64,000 nucleotides of DNA from Octopus vulgaris (Eukaryota). Shown here in pieces: positions 1 through 12,559 of this stretch. The stretch spans positions 4,526,001 to 4,590,000 of the forward strand of contig OX597827.1 in the NCBI GenBank assembly GCA_951406725.2, read 5' to 3'. Below the pieces are notes generated by a model. That model ran no database searches. It saw only the letters and a program-made list of their open reading frames with translations, and was not told where the DNA came from. A program made the translations under genes and the position numbers. Positions within the stretch are counted from its first letter, which is position 1. The number at the start of each line of letters is the position of its first letter.

Positions 1-91
1 GTCGAAGCTGAACCCGGTTCCCACTCCACTGTATTGTCCCATTGTTTTGTGTTTTCATCCGTTTTGTGTAATAATTTTTATAATATTATCA

Positions 92-476
92 TGGTAAGTA
101 GCTTGCTAACCAACCACATGGTTCCGGGTTCAGTCCCACTGCGTGGCATGTTGGGCAAGTGTCTTCTGCTATAGCCCTGGGCCGACCAATGCCTTGTGAG
201 TGGATTTGGTAGACGGAAACTAAAAGAAGCCTGTCGTATATGTGTATACATATATACATATTTGTATGTGTTTGTGTGCCTGTGTTTGTCCCCCTAGCAT
301 TGCTTGACAACCGATGCTGGTGTATTTACGTCCCTGTCACCTAGTGGTTCGGCAAAAGAGACCGATAGAATAAGTACTGGGCTTACAAAAGAATAAGACC
401 CAGGGTCGATTTGCTCGACTAAAGGTGGTGCTCCAGCATGGCTGCAGTCAAATGACTGAAACAAGTAAAAGAGTAA
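92..476 (+). mobile_element. tRNA-derived CORE-type SINE (family A), slightly 5'-truncated
   Basis: B-box GGTTCAGTCCC, CORE-like TTGGGCAAGTG, internal (TA/TG)n spacer and 3' tail GGTGCTCCAGCATGGCTGCAGTCAAATGACTGAAACAAGTAAAAGAG; near-identical to copies at 19303, 41473 and 60855. Confidence 0.9.
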
Positions 477-929
477 TGTAATAATCATTCGTGACCCCAC
501 TGTGTATTTGTATTGACCCCTTCTGTGTTGGCCTCTGGTAGGCAATAAAGAAAGTCATATGTGCTTTTGCCATTCCATTCTGCTACAAATGTTCTAAAAA
601 CTCTTCTTTCTGAAAACGCACTGCTGAGATTGGAGTGTGTCTAGTATGCCTGTGCATCTTTTATGCCATCAAATACAGTGTCCCTTAATATGCTAACGTG
701 TGGAACTAAGGTTGCGGGTTTGATTTCTGGACCAGGTTGTATTGTGTTCTTGAACAATGCACTCCATTTAACATTGTTCCAGTTTACTCAGTTAATGCAC
801 TCCTCTTGGATAATCACATCCTGGTCTCCCACTAGAGCTAGGGGAAGACCAGCCGAGAAAGTATGGTACACCTTACCAAGCTATACTGGCTTGTGGGTGA
901 CGGCTATGGTTCTATTTTCCGATACTTGT

Positions 930-1850
930 TAATTTTATTGTTTCTGTTTAACTCTAAGCCAACCTCGCTTGAACAGACCAATGATAATTTTCATAATTTT
1001 CGTGCTTATGGGATTACATTATTTATGTATCTATTTAAATCGGTTGGGTATGATTCTGAGGAAGATTTGGTGGAGAAATAGTTGTTTAGCCACAGTTCAG
1101 TCTTTACTGTGTAAACTTATAACCAAAAGCATTTCAAACATGACCGCTCCGATTTGTATTCTGAGAGATTTGTATTCTCATGACTATATTACCAAAAGTG
1201 TTTCCCATCTTTTTAGTTTTTGTGGGGGCTCTAAGGTGTGTTATGAGAGATAGATCTGTTCGAAAGACCACGTAAAAGCTAACCCCTAGGCGGGGAAGTT
1301 GCTAGAAAGAGTAGAAGTGCTTAATAAATGTCACACAATTCTGTACTATGAGTTCAAATCTCACTGGAATCGACTTTTCACTAATTCTTTCTGAGGTCGA
1401 TAAAATCAATATATCAAATATACAACAGAAGCGATGCATCAAATTTATCCATCAACTACAATTTCGTAGCTTTGTAACCGTGTACTGATCGATATAAGTA
1501 ATGATTACACTTCGTATAAGTTGCTGATTTGATCAAGTAGACGTATATAATTAAAAGCTTTTCAGCCATGACCACCCAGTCTTTTTAAGAAAATATAAGG
1601 TTACATTTTGTGATATGGTCTTTCGGTACTACTTTAGAGTGCCGTTTACTGTAGTATCCATAGTCTATGCTGTGAAATAGCTTTATTTATGTTAGGTTTA
1701 ATATTATGGCTGGGTTAGTCTGCATGCTAAAGTGCAAATGACCAGGTGGACCATACGCTAAAGTGGTACCATTCATTCTTTATCTAAGATGGAAGGGTAT
1801 GATTTGGTCGCTGTTTTTAGCAAATCAACTGCACTTATAGAGATACATTT
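930..1850 (-). repeat. Cluster of decayed copies of an old dispersed repeat, plus a family D SINE relic
   Basis: Reverse-strand fragments (GTTGTTTAGCC, CATGACC, GATTTGGTCGCTGTTTTTAGC) resemble + strand copies at 14830, 16786 and 57870. Confidence 0.5.
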
Positions 1851-2903
1851 TTCTAAGTACCTAGTAGAGCAACATTCCATTAAATATCAATTGTTTCTAA
1901 CGCAGACACGGCCAGGATTTAGCAGGAAGAGGGTCATTGATTAAATCCACATCAGTACTTTTGCAGTACTCGATCGGTATTTTATTTTATCGAAACAAGT
2001 GGGATGAAGGTCAAAGGTGACTTCGGTGTAATTTGAATGCAAAATGTTAAAAGGCAGAGAAAGAAAAAGAAAAGTTTATGACATGACATTTTACGATACG
2101 CAAATGATTCTGTCAACAATGCACCACCTTTCTTCCTGCCAATCAAAAGAAGAATTATAAGAATGCGAGATAAATTCTGATATTTAAATCAAAATTTAAA
2201 AAATGAAGGTCGCTAACTTCAAACCTACACAAATTATATATTTTTTCTGATAATGAATGTTATATAATATATTTGTCAAAATGTAAACTAGTGGGGCTTC
2301 ATTTTGACATGCCACCTCTCCTATTTTATTATAAAACTGAAATCTATTATAATGGAAACTAATATCTGAGAGAAACTGTAGCACTGTTGTAGTAATGCTC
2401 AGGTTAGGTCTGATGAAGGAGACCGAAGATGAAAAGTATTCCAACCGTGACTGTCCTATTGTTTTTTCCAGACAGTGTATCAATAACAACTTTATGCCAT
2501 TTGTACAGATGGAAAATTCAAAATATTCCTTTTCCAAAATAAACGGACGGAACTTTAACAAGAATTCTAAATCTGAAAGTAAACCACTATTAAAAACAAC
2601 TTCTCCATACGAATTACCCAAAAGCAAGTCTGTTTGAAGAGCTGCAAACAGTGGAAGCGCTTTACGCAAAACAAGGTCTAATTTCCAAAACGTTCGTGTA
2701 ATTCAGTTCCTTTTTTTTTTTTTGAGATTAACAAGAACTTTTTGCCAAAACTTACGCATGCGCTCATGCTTACATGTGTGTGTAGTTTTCAAGTTTTATC
2801 TTCTTGGAACTAGATTTTCGTTTAGTCATTTGCTCACTTGGCATATGGACATGAACAAAACTAAACTTTTAATTTGTTTACTAATATATATATTAGTAAA
2901 TAT

Positions 2904-3206
2904 ATGGCCCAGTGGTTAGGGCAGCGAACTCACGGTTGTAGGATCGCGGTTTCGATACCCAGACCGGGCGTTGTGAGTGTTTATTGAGCGAAAACACCCA
3001 AAAGCTCCACGAGGCTCCGGCAGGGAGTGGTGGCAATCCCTGCTGTACTTTTTCACCACAACTTTCTCTCACTCTTTCTTCTGTTGGCCTGCTCGCTTAG
3101 CCAGCGGGGTGGCGTCATTTGAAGGCTAAAACAATGCGAAGCGCATTGTGACCAGCGATGCATAGCAACATCTGATAGCCTGGTCGGTCACGGTGATCAC
3201 GGTGAT
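2904..3206 (+). mobile_element. tRNA-derived SINE (family B)
   Basis: A-box TGGCCCAGTGG, B-box GGTTTCGATACC; body matches copies at 11978-12273 and 51904-52176; tail CACGGTGAT duplicated, running into (TA)n. Confidence 0.9.
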
Positions 3207-3229
3207 ATATATATAGAAATATATATATC

Positions 3230-3600
3230 CTTCTTTCCTTCATATCTTCATTACCTGCTCCTCCCCTCTCTCTATCATACCTTCCTCTTCCTCTCTCCCT
3301 CTCTGTTTCATACCTCCCATATTTTCTCTCCTCTCCCTCACTCTATCTCTCCCTTTCATATCTTCCTCCTTTTCTCACTCATATACTTCTCATTTTCCCA
3401 CCTCTTCTCACTCCGTCTTTCCCTTTCCCTCATATCCTTCATTCTATCTTCTCTCTCCCTCACTCTGTCTCGCTATCGCTCCATACTCTCTTTCTTCATA
3501 TCAGCCCCTCTCTTTCCTTCATATCTCCATCTCTCTTTCTCTCTTCCTTCCTGTCTTTCTTCCTCTCTACCTTCCTCCGTCTCTCTCACTTCCTCTCTAT
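3230..3600. repeat. Pyrimidine-rich (CT) low-complexity tract
   Basis: Almost entirely C/T with degenerate CTCT repeats. Confidence 0.9.
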
Positions 3601-3870
3601 CCTTTCCCCCCATCTGGGCTTAGAAACCGAAGAGGGCACCAAAGTGGGAGAGCAACGAATTGAATCTTCTGTTGCGAGCATGGGTGATTGATAGCGGCGA
3701 TCTCCCACACAACATCATCACTGCTGCACTGAAGAGCAATGGCTTCTGTAGAACCACTGAGCAGGCAGAGCGGAAGAAAAATGAATTCATCCGATCCTAT
3801 GCTCTTATTAGACCACACATTGACACTCTTGATGTCATCATGGAAAACTGTTGTGGCAAGGCTGATAAAG

Positions 3871-6133
3871 ATGGGTGATTTCAACTTCTCCAATGTCAAA
3901 TGGCCTGAAGACCTCATGCTCTCAGGAATGACTCATTGCTAATAAGCACAGGTGGAGACCTTGCTCAACATCACCAATGGAGCGAATTGTACTCAAACCA
4001 ACTAGGGCGTATAACATTTTGGATTTCTGCTTCACAAACAATATGGACATTGTTCATGATATGAAAGCGACGCTGACAGTAGTTTCGGATCACAACATAG
4101 TAGAGGTGTCTAAGTATGGACCAAAACTAGCCATAGACGAATAGCCTAAAGGAAGCACCCTAAATCTCTCCAATCTGAACTTCCACAAAGCAGATTGGAA
4201 ATTGACCCAAAAAGTGATCCTCAGACAGAACTGGCCAAAATGTCTCTCCACACCAGACATTGACATAAAACTAGAATATTTTATGTCTTTTATGCAAACC
4301 ATATGCCAGAAATATGTCCCAGAGCACAACGCCAACACAAAAAGGAACAAGATTCCAAGGGAGAGAAAGATCCTCAAGAGACGACTGACGAATGTTGCAA
4401 ATCGCTTCAATCAACATTCCAAAAGTAGTGAAAGGCCCCGCCTAAAAACAACACTGATGGAGATTGAAAAAAAGCCTGCAACAATCCTATGTGAGAGAGA
4501 GAGCAAACAAAGAATCCTGGGTTATAAAAAAAACATTAAGTCAAACCCCAAGGCCTTCTTTCATTATGCCAAAGAAACAGATGCAGTACGCTGCAGAATA
4601 GGATCACTCTCCCAAAAGGATGACTCTCTTACAGATAGCCCAACCAGGATCAGTGAGGTACTGAATGACCAGTTCAAAAGTGTTTTTACCACCCCGTTAG
4701 AACACAGACAAGTGACTAAACCAGTGGATTTCTTTGCCGCCTCACCTATAACCAGCGAGGCAATTACGATGGAATACATCGACATTAGCGAAGAAGATAT
4801 ACTACTCGCCATAGATGAGGTGGACGCAAACTCAACTGCTGGTCCTTATGGTTTCCCAGCAATCCTCCTCAAATCGTGTAAGCTTGCCCTGGCGAAACTT
4901 CTACAGATTCTCTTCTAGAGCTTTCTTGCAAATGGCAGACTGCTAAGCATGCTGAAGGAGGGAATAATATGCCCAATCCATAAAGGGGGAAGCGGAACAG
5001 ATGCCAAAAACTATAGGCCTAATCTCTCTTACTTCACACATCAGCAAAGTGATTGAACGGATAGTTAGAGGGAAACTAATCACATTCCTTGAAGAAAACA
5101 ACTTGCTGAGGGATACCCAGCAAGACTTTCGACCAGGTAGGAGCTGTCTGACCCAGCTCTTACAGCATCATCACTGGGTGTTGAGGCAGTGACTCAACAA
5201 AATTCAAATGTGGACGTAATATACCTTGACTTTGCAAAAGCTTTTTGACAAAGTGGATCATAGTATTATATGCCACAAACTGCGTGACCTTGGCATAGCT
5301 GGAAAATTCAGAGAGTGGTTACATGACTTTCTGAAAGATAGAAGTCAGGCAGTAGTGGCCAATGGAGCCACCTCAAAGAAAACACATATAGTGCCCTGTG
5401 GAAATAGCCTCAGTACTCTGCAGAATAAAGGACGACTCCCTTATAGATGCTTTTCATAGTGGCCCCCTCAGATATGCCTTTAGCTGTCCGGATAGCCACC
5501 CTTGCTAGCTATGCAGACGATACGAAAGTCTAACACAAAATACAGAACCCCAGCGATGTTACACACTTGCAGCAGGAGTTGGACTCAATTTACAAATGGG
5601 CTGAGGATAATGATATGCAGATTAATGCTGAAAAATTCCAAACCCTGCATTACCAGCGTCCAAAACTGAATATAAAACTGACAGGGTACAGTAGTCCACA
5701 AGGGATTACAATCCTAGAGCCTAAATCAGTGAGGGATCTGGGTATCGACATGAGTGATGATACCTCTTTCCAAGTGTACATTACCAGGATGGCGGAAAAG
5801 TGCAGACGACTGGCTGGCTTGATTCTGAGAACGTTCAGGACCAGAGAAAAGAAAACCATGATGGTACTCTGGAGGACATTCGTCCTCAGCTGCCTTGATT
5901 ACTGCTTCCAGCAATGGTCACCCAATAGTGTAAAATTAACAGCGGACCTTGAAGCAATACAGCGAAGCTTCACAAAGAAGATCGTCTCGTTGTAACTGCT
6001 CAGCTACTGGGAAAGACCGAAGCAGCTAAGACTCTATTCCCTGGAGAGTTATGCAATCGTATACATCTTGAAGATCCTAGAAGGAATTGTGCCAAATTTT
6101 GGCATTGAAAGCTACACCAATGCCAGAACGGAG
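3871..6133 (+). mobile_element. Decayed CR1-group LINE ORF2 (APE endonuclease + reverse transcriptase) with frameshifts and stops
   Basis: Motifs in order: GDFNFSNVKW, SDHNIV, NFHKADW, KSNPKAFFHY, GPYGFPAILLK, ISLTSHISKVIERIV, FRPGRSCLTQLL, FDKVDH, YADDTK, RDLGI, LDYCFQQWSP, LEAIQRSFTKKI. Confidence 0.92.
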
Positions 6134-7368
6134 CTGAAACTACAATATATACATATATGTATTGCAGCATAAAATTTCTGTACATTTTCCTTCTTTTATA
6201 ATTTTTTTACTGTAATTTACCACTTGGGATTTTTGCTCAAACCTCTTCACTATATTCACAATTTTGCTAAACAAAGGCGGCTCTCTAGCATGGCAACTAG
6301 ATGAAACAAGTTAAAGTAATCATTAATTAAAATATCGGACTTCGGTTCACAAGTAATTTCTGAGGTATTCAAAGCTAAAACTCAGTTAAGTAATCATGGA
6401 AGCTAACTTTGTCACAAAGCCAGCAATCTAGAGGAAAGCGGGTTACTTGATACCATCGACCTTGGTACTGTATTTTATCCAACACAGTGGGATGAAAGGC
6501 AAAATTGACTTCAGTGAGTTTTCAATTCAAAATGTAAAAGAGCAGGAATAAATAGCGCAAAGACATTTTTGTAGATAACAAAATCAAAACGATCATCCAT
6601 ATTTTGAATTTTGTTAATCGTAATTCGTCGAAATAATAACAAAACATTATCTAAATCTCAACAAGAATACTACTTGGAAAGAAAAAAATGCCGATAATAC
6701 ATATCTATAAGATCATTCAATCTGTATTCTGTCAGAAAAGAAAAATTATGGTATTAGGAGCTTAAAATCTCACATTAATCAGTGAGCCAGTTTTGAATTA
6801 TCGGTCTAGCGTTTTTATGCGATCATAAATTCTCTACTTTTATCCAATACATTAATATTGGCATTTATTTCATTCCTCCTTTCCATGTCTTAAATGAAAA
6901 CGGTGAAAGGTAAAGTATTTAAAATAAAAAAAAATTACTACTGAGCTCATTTTACACAGGCTATTTACCGATGAGCGCATACATGTTTGATTGTATCCAA
7001 AGTAAAATAAATTTGAAAATACTTCAACTAAATTTTTTTCTCGAGTGCCCTTCAGCAACTGAACAGCAACGAAGAGATAACTTCAAGTAGAGCTCAAGCG
7101 CAATATTGCCCAGAACATTCTCAATCAAACTGTTTTACAAATCTTTGTGACGAGCACTGTGGTTGCTGAATAGGCTAACAGTAGCAGATTCTGCTACTTT
7201 TCAGAACTGCACGTAGTGGGACTGAACTCGTAACCATGTGGCTGAGAAGCAAACTTCTTACCATATATTTGTGGGCAAGAGTTTTCTACTATAACTTCAT
7301 GCCAATCAAAGTCTGGTGAGTGGAGTTGATTGACAGAAACTGAAAGAAGCCCATCGTATATATATATA

Positions 7369-7546
7369 TGAAAAAGGAAAAGAACGACTTCACTGGTAGT
7401 TCTAATCAATTTAATTTTTTTATAATATAATTTTGCAGTTTGGTTTGTAGATTTAGTAAGTTCTTTGTTAACCAAATTGTAAAATTATATTATCAAAAAA
7501 TTAAATTGATTAGAACTACCAGTGAAGTCGTTCTTTTCCTTTTTCA
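7369..7546. repeat. Fold-back inverted repeat (about 77-bp arms)
   Basis: TGAAAAAGGAAAAGAACGACTTCACTGGTAGTTCTAATCAATTT... is mirrored by ...AAATTGATTAGAACTACCAGTGAAGTCGTTCTTTTCCTTTTTCA; (TA)n nearby on both sides. Confidence 0.92.
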
Positions 7547-7573
7547 AATTTCTGTACCAAGAAATTCACACAT

Positions 7574-7635
<62 letters not shown>

Positions 7636-7639
<4 letters not shown>

Positions 7640-8008
7640 TATTACAATATATAAAAGGGCTTAGTAAAATAAATTACTTTGCCGCATACTGAACTCATTA
7701 GAAATAGCAGCTAAAAAACTTTTTTAAAAACCATTTCTAATACTTAAAGAAAATCTCTCTCGTATAGTGTTTAGTCAACTCAACTCACGAAAGTTTGGGG
7801 TAAAGACATAAAAAATCAAACATTTGATTTTTTATGTCTTTACCCCCAAACTTTCGTGAGTTGAGTTGACTAAACACTATACGAGAGAGATTTTCTTTAA
7901 GTATTAGAAATGGTTTTTAAAAAAGTTTTTTAGCTGCTATTTCTAATGAGTTCAGTATGCGGCAAAGTAATTTATTTTACTAAGCCCTTTTATATATTGT
8001 AATAATTT
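7636..8008. repeat. Near-perfect palindrome, about 185-bp arms, 2-nt loop
   Basis: 7636-7820 is the reverse complement of 7823-8008 except for one G/C homopolymer indel; lies between (TA)n tracts. Confidence 0.97.
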
Positions 8009-8091
8009 GAATTCGCCTTAAATGGTCCCTTTGCATACTGAACACTTGGTGAAATTAATTAATAATTAATTAATTTTACCCTCAATTGTTG

Positions 8092-8155
<64 letters not shown>

Positions 8156-8164
8156 CATGAAGCT

Positions 8165-8600
8165 AAATATATTGTAGCGTCGATATGTACGATCTTTGTG
8201 GACCCAGAAGGTGAGTTGGTCGTTCTGGATTTAACATTCAGGGGTAAAACCTTCAGGTTGATTGGCATTTACGTGCCTAGCACGGTTGGCAAACGGAATG
8301 ATTTCTGTCGACGCCTGGAGAGATTTCTTGTGACGTCAAAGACACTACTGAAACTAGGAGACTACAACGCTATTCTGGATGCACGCCAGGATAGCGTGGG
8401 GTCGAACAATAGAAAGAGTAACTCACGCATCGTTGATCTGCTGAAGCGATTTAGGCTGGCAGATCGATACAGACTTGTTAATCCGAGCGTTCCAATGTGG
8501 ACTTGAAGTAACAATGACGGATGTATTAGGTCTTATATAGATAGTATTATAGTTAATTCTAGAGATAAGGCTAGGAAACACTTCAAGGTGGTACCCCTGC
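8165..8600 (+). mobile_element. L1/Tx1-clade LINE endonuclease fragment
   Basis: DPEGELVVLDL..FRLIGIYVP..GDYNAILD..LADRYRLVNP..WT*..SYIDSI follows the L1/Tx1 APE motif order; in-frame stop. Confidence 0.85.
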
Positions 8601-8646
8601 ATGGTCGCTTTCCAATGACTGAATCAATTAATATGTGTGTGTGTGT

Positions 8647-8897
8647 GGAGGCGCGTGGCTTAGTGGTTAGGGTGTCAGTACCATGATCGTAAGATTGTGG
8701 TTTCGATTCCTGGACTGGGAGACGCTTTGTGTTCTTGAGCAAAACACTTCATTTCACGTTGTTCCAGTCCACTCAGCTGACAAGAAGGAGTAACGCTGTG
8801 ATGGACTGGCTTCCCGTCCAGCTGGGGAACACATACGCCACAGAAACTGGGAAACCAGGCCCATGAGCCTGGCTAGGCTTTAACAGGGCGCATTTAT
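8647..8897 (+). mobile_element. tRNA-derived SINE (family C)
   Basis: A-box TGGCTTAGTGG, B-box GGTTTCGATTCC, TTGAGCAAAACACTT core and GATGGACTGGCTTCCCGTCCAG domain; ends in (TA)n. Confidence 0.85.
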
Positions 8898-8898
8898 T

Positions 8899-8961
<63 letters not shown>

Positions 8962-8962
<1 letters not shown>

Positions 8963-9306
8963 CAAGTAAAGTTAATCGTCACATCAGTATGGCTTTTCAA
9001 TGTTGCTACTCGTCAGCTGGCTATAAGTGCACTTCGCACCCCGTACATATATATTACCAGCAGGGGAGCGAAACCTTACCATCCTCCAGCAGACGACAGG
9101 ATCGCGAGGCCGATTCAGTTTCGAGCTAGTTTGTTCATCCTCAGTCACGACAATGAGATAGCTCGAGTCCCCTCCAGCAAGCAATATACAGTAAACAAAG
9201 CGACTATCGTTGTAAAATCTCAATAAGAGATGAGAGTAGTAACTAAGCGACCATCGGTCACAAGTAAAGTAAATCGCCACATCAGTATGGTCGTTCAGTG
9301 ATACTA
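8962..9306 (-). mobile_element. About 298-bp partially tandem unit with a hammerhead-like motif (retrozyme/PLE-terminus-like)
   Basis: Direct repeat CAAGTAAAGT(T/A)AATCG(T/C)CACATCAGTATGG at 8963 and 9261; the minus strand of 9111-9149 reads TGA-CTGAGGA-TGAACAAACTAGCTC-GAAA-CTGAA-TCG. Confidence 0.6.
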
Positions 9307-9653
9307 GTAATGTATTACCGAAGCGGAGTTCGGAGTATTACGGTGAACAATGATCATCAGACCTCGATCGCAAGAACTGAACCGAAAAAGGTAGAAGACA
9401 CAGGGAAAGGTTAGGAGAAGAACAAAAAGAAATAATATAAATTAGAAATAAAGATGGGATACTGAGGAAGGATGAGAACTGGAGTTAGAAAATGTATGGC
9501 ATATGAGAAAGCATGACCGAAGAGAATAAACAAGATTTCCCAGAAAGTAATCAAAGGATTATGAAAGAAATGACAAGATATTCCCGAGTGGGGAAACGTT
9601 TATGGTTAACACTGTAAAGCAACATGGGTCTTAGAATTCCCACTGGTGCTCCT

Positions 9654-9741
9654 CACACACACGCACACACACACACACTCACACACACACACACTCACAC
9701 ACACACACACAGACACACACAAATACACACACGCACACACA

Positions 9742-9800
<59 letters not shown>
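9654..9800. repeat. (CA)n microsatellite
   Basis: Directly visible. Confidence 0.98.
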
Positions 9801-9802
<2 letters not shown>

Positions 9803-10538
9803 GCACAATTTACTTGCTAAATTTTCCTTTTACAATCTACTAGATTTTGGAAAATTTTGTGCAGTTATTTTTATGAAGATTATTCGGTAACCTTGCTCTG
9901 AATTACTTTTGCTGCAATATTCCTGAGAAATGCATGTGCATTACATTTATTATTATTATCTTTTAACTATAAATCTGAAGCCTTCTCTATCTATACAAGA
10001 ATTTTATGTTATATATTTTCCTACCATTTTGAAAATCGATATTCTCTTTTCACTGGATTACACACAAGCTTTTCTTTATTAATTTGCATTTATAAACACA
10101 AAAAAATATTCCGGCAGTTTTGTCCTTATTATTTTAAACCCAGGGATTCTCTCATTTACATTATTATTTTTTTTTACATATTTGTTTGTCTTCTCTCTGT
10201 CTATGAAAGCTGGCTCCATTAATGAGCTGTCGGCTTTTAAAGGAAATTTGATTCCAATATGTAGACGGAGTGTTTTTAAATGCATCAGTAATATTTTTAG
10301 TGAAAGGGGAAAAAATCTATTCAAAAATTCACTTTTCATCTCTTGTCTGAATTAATAAAAGCACTAAAGTATAATTTATTATAAGCGATAGATTCTTATT
10401 ATAGAAAAAAAAATTATTGTTTATTTAATTTTCGATATAAAATAACAATTTTTAAAAAAAATTCATTCACAACCATTATAGAGGAAGGAAAATTGGGATT
10501 ATGTGACATTAATTCCGTTCTCTTCAAATAAAAACTAG

Positions 10539-11153
10539 GTTATGAGTTCAGATGGACATGAACTTTTACCTCCCAGTAAAGTTGTAGAAATATTTACCCT
10601 TCTTTGACGATGAACAGCAGCTTGAAGAGGTAAATATATATTTTTTCATTCTACATATTTGTTTGTATTTTAATTACTAATGCCACCCGTTTTATGTCAA
10701 AGAATTACATATTGGATATTTCGTTCTGGAGCTACATGAAAGTGAAAGTAGGTTACTTGTCAAAATGTGTGTTCTGGAGCAAGAACTAAGTTTTTGTTTT
10801 TCTTCTAGAAAAAGAAACTAAGGAACGAAAGTGAAACTGTGGTTATTACAGTGCCAGCTAGATATTATATAGCATCCAACCTGACGTTCTTGTTCTAATA
10901 AATACTTAGTAATTACGTTCATAAAGTATGGGAACAAATCATGGCTACCCAAGTGTATCGAATGTACAGAATATATCTGGTTATTTTACAGCGAAATTTT
11001 GATTTGGTTTGAGGTAAAGATTCAAAGCTCACTGAAGACTCCATATCTTACAAGTGGAAGCAGTTGTGACAAGAAATTGTCAATGCGAATAGAAGCATTT
11101 TGCACATGAAAACAGATGAAGTATTGAATGGGAAACAATCTATTTTTGAGAAA
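10539..11153 (+). pseudogene. Possible decayed coding exons of unknown origin
   Basis: 10911-11153 reads as about 81 codons broken only by two TGA and ends at AAA|GTAAAT; 10539-10629 is coding-like and ends GAG|GTAAAT. No recognised homology. Confidence 0.25.
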
Positions 11154-11183
11154 GTAAATACTTTCACATTAAAATACCCAGGA

Positions 11184-11519
11184 AAGCAGACGATGGAGAA
11201 ATGTCACTTCGATGCAGCTGTTTTTTTTTTTACGCATTTTAAATAGAAGAACGAGTACATTACAACATTGCAAAAACTGTAACCATCAGATGAAACATAT
11301 AATTTCAAGAACACAGTTGGAACATGGCCGAAGCCTGCCAAATTTGACCATGGTTTTTCATGGTCAGCTTCGGCTGGTTTTGGGCATGTTCCCACTGTAT
11401 TCTCCTATTGTTTTCAAATTATATGTTTACGGTTTTTGCAATTTTGTAATGTACTCATTCCTCTATTCAAAATGCGTAAGAAACAGCTGTAACGAACTAA
11501 TATTTCTCCATCGTCTGTT
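11184..11519. mobile_element. Imperfect fold-back element (MITE-like)
   Basis: CAGACGATGGAGAAAT...CAGCTGTTT..TTACGCATTTTAAATAGA..GTACATTACAA is mirrored by TTGTAATGTAC..TCTATTCAAAATGCGTAAGAAACAGCTG...ATTTCTCCATCGTCTG. Confidence 0.8.
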
Positions 11520-11561
11520 ATTATTCATTTGCTTTATATATATATATATATATATATATAT

Positions 11562-11954
11562 CTTTTCTCTTTCTCTTTTACTTGTTTCAGTCATTTGACT
11601 GCGGCCATGCTGAAGCACCGCCTTTAATCGAGCAACTCGACCCCGGGACTTATTCTTTGTAAGCCCAGTACTTATTCTATCGGTCTCTTTTTTGCCAAAC
11701 CGCTAAGTTACGGGGACGTAAACACATCAGCATCGGTTGTCAAGCAATGCTAAGGGGACAAACACAGACACACAAACACATACACACACATACATATATA
11801 CGACAGGCTTCTTTCAGTTTCCGTCTACCAAATCCACTCACAAGGCATTGGTCGGCCCGGGTCTATAGCAGAAAACACTTGCCCAAGATGCCATGCAGTG
11901 GGACTGAACCCGGAACCATGTGGTTGGTTAGCAAGCTACTTACCACACAGCCAC
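11562..11954 (-). mobile_element. SINE family A
   Basis: Reverse complement of the 19303 copy, with CpGs largely retained. Confidence 0.92.
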
Positions 11955-11977
11955 ATATCACGTATATATATATATAA

Positions 11978-12515
<538 letters not shown>

Positions 12516-12559
12516 TGCTTGGTTCCTTCCTTATGATCGTTTCAGTCTCTTTATCTTCC

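Noticed and set aside
2353-2637. Open frame WKLISERNCSTVVVML..., loosely resembling the PTP motif FWRMIWE.N...IVML
   Set aside because: No splice acceptor before it, and the downstream residues do not continue a PTP domain; likely chance.
3660-3878. Coding-like ORF just upstream of the CR1 endonuclease relic
   Set aside because: No recognisable motif; cannot be assigned as ORF1 or as a host exon.
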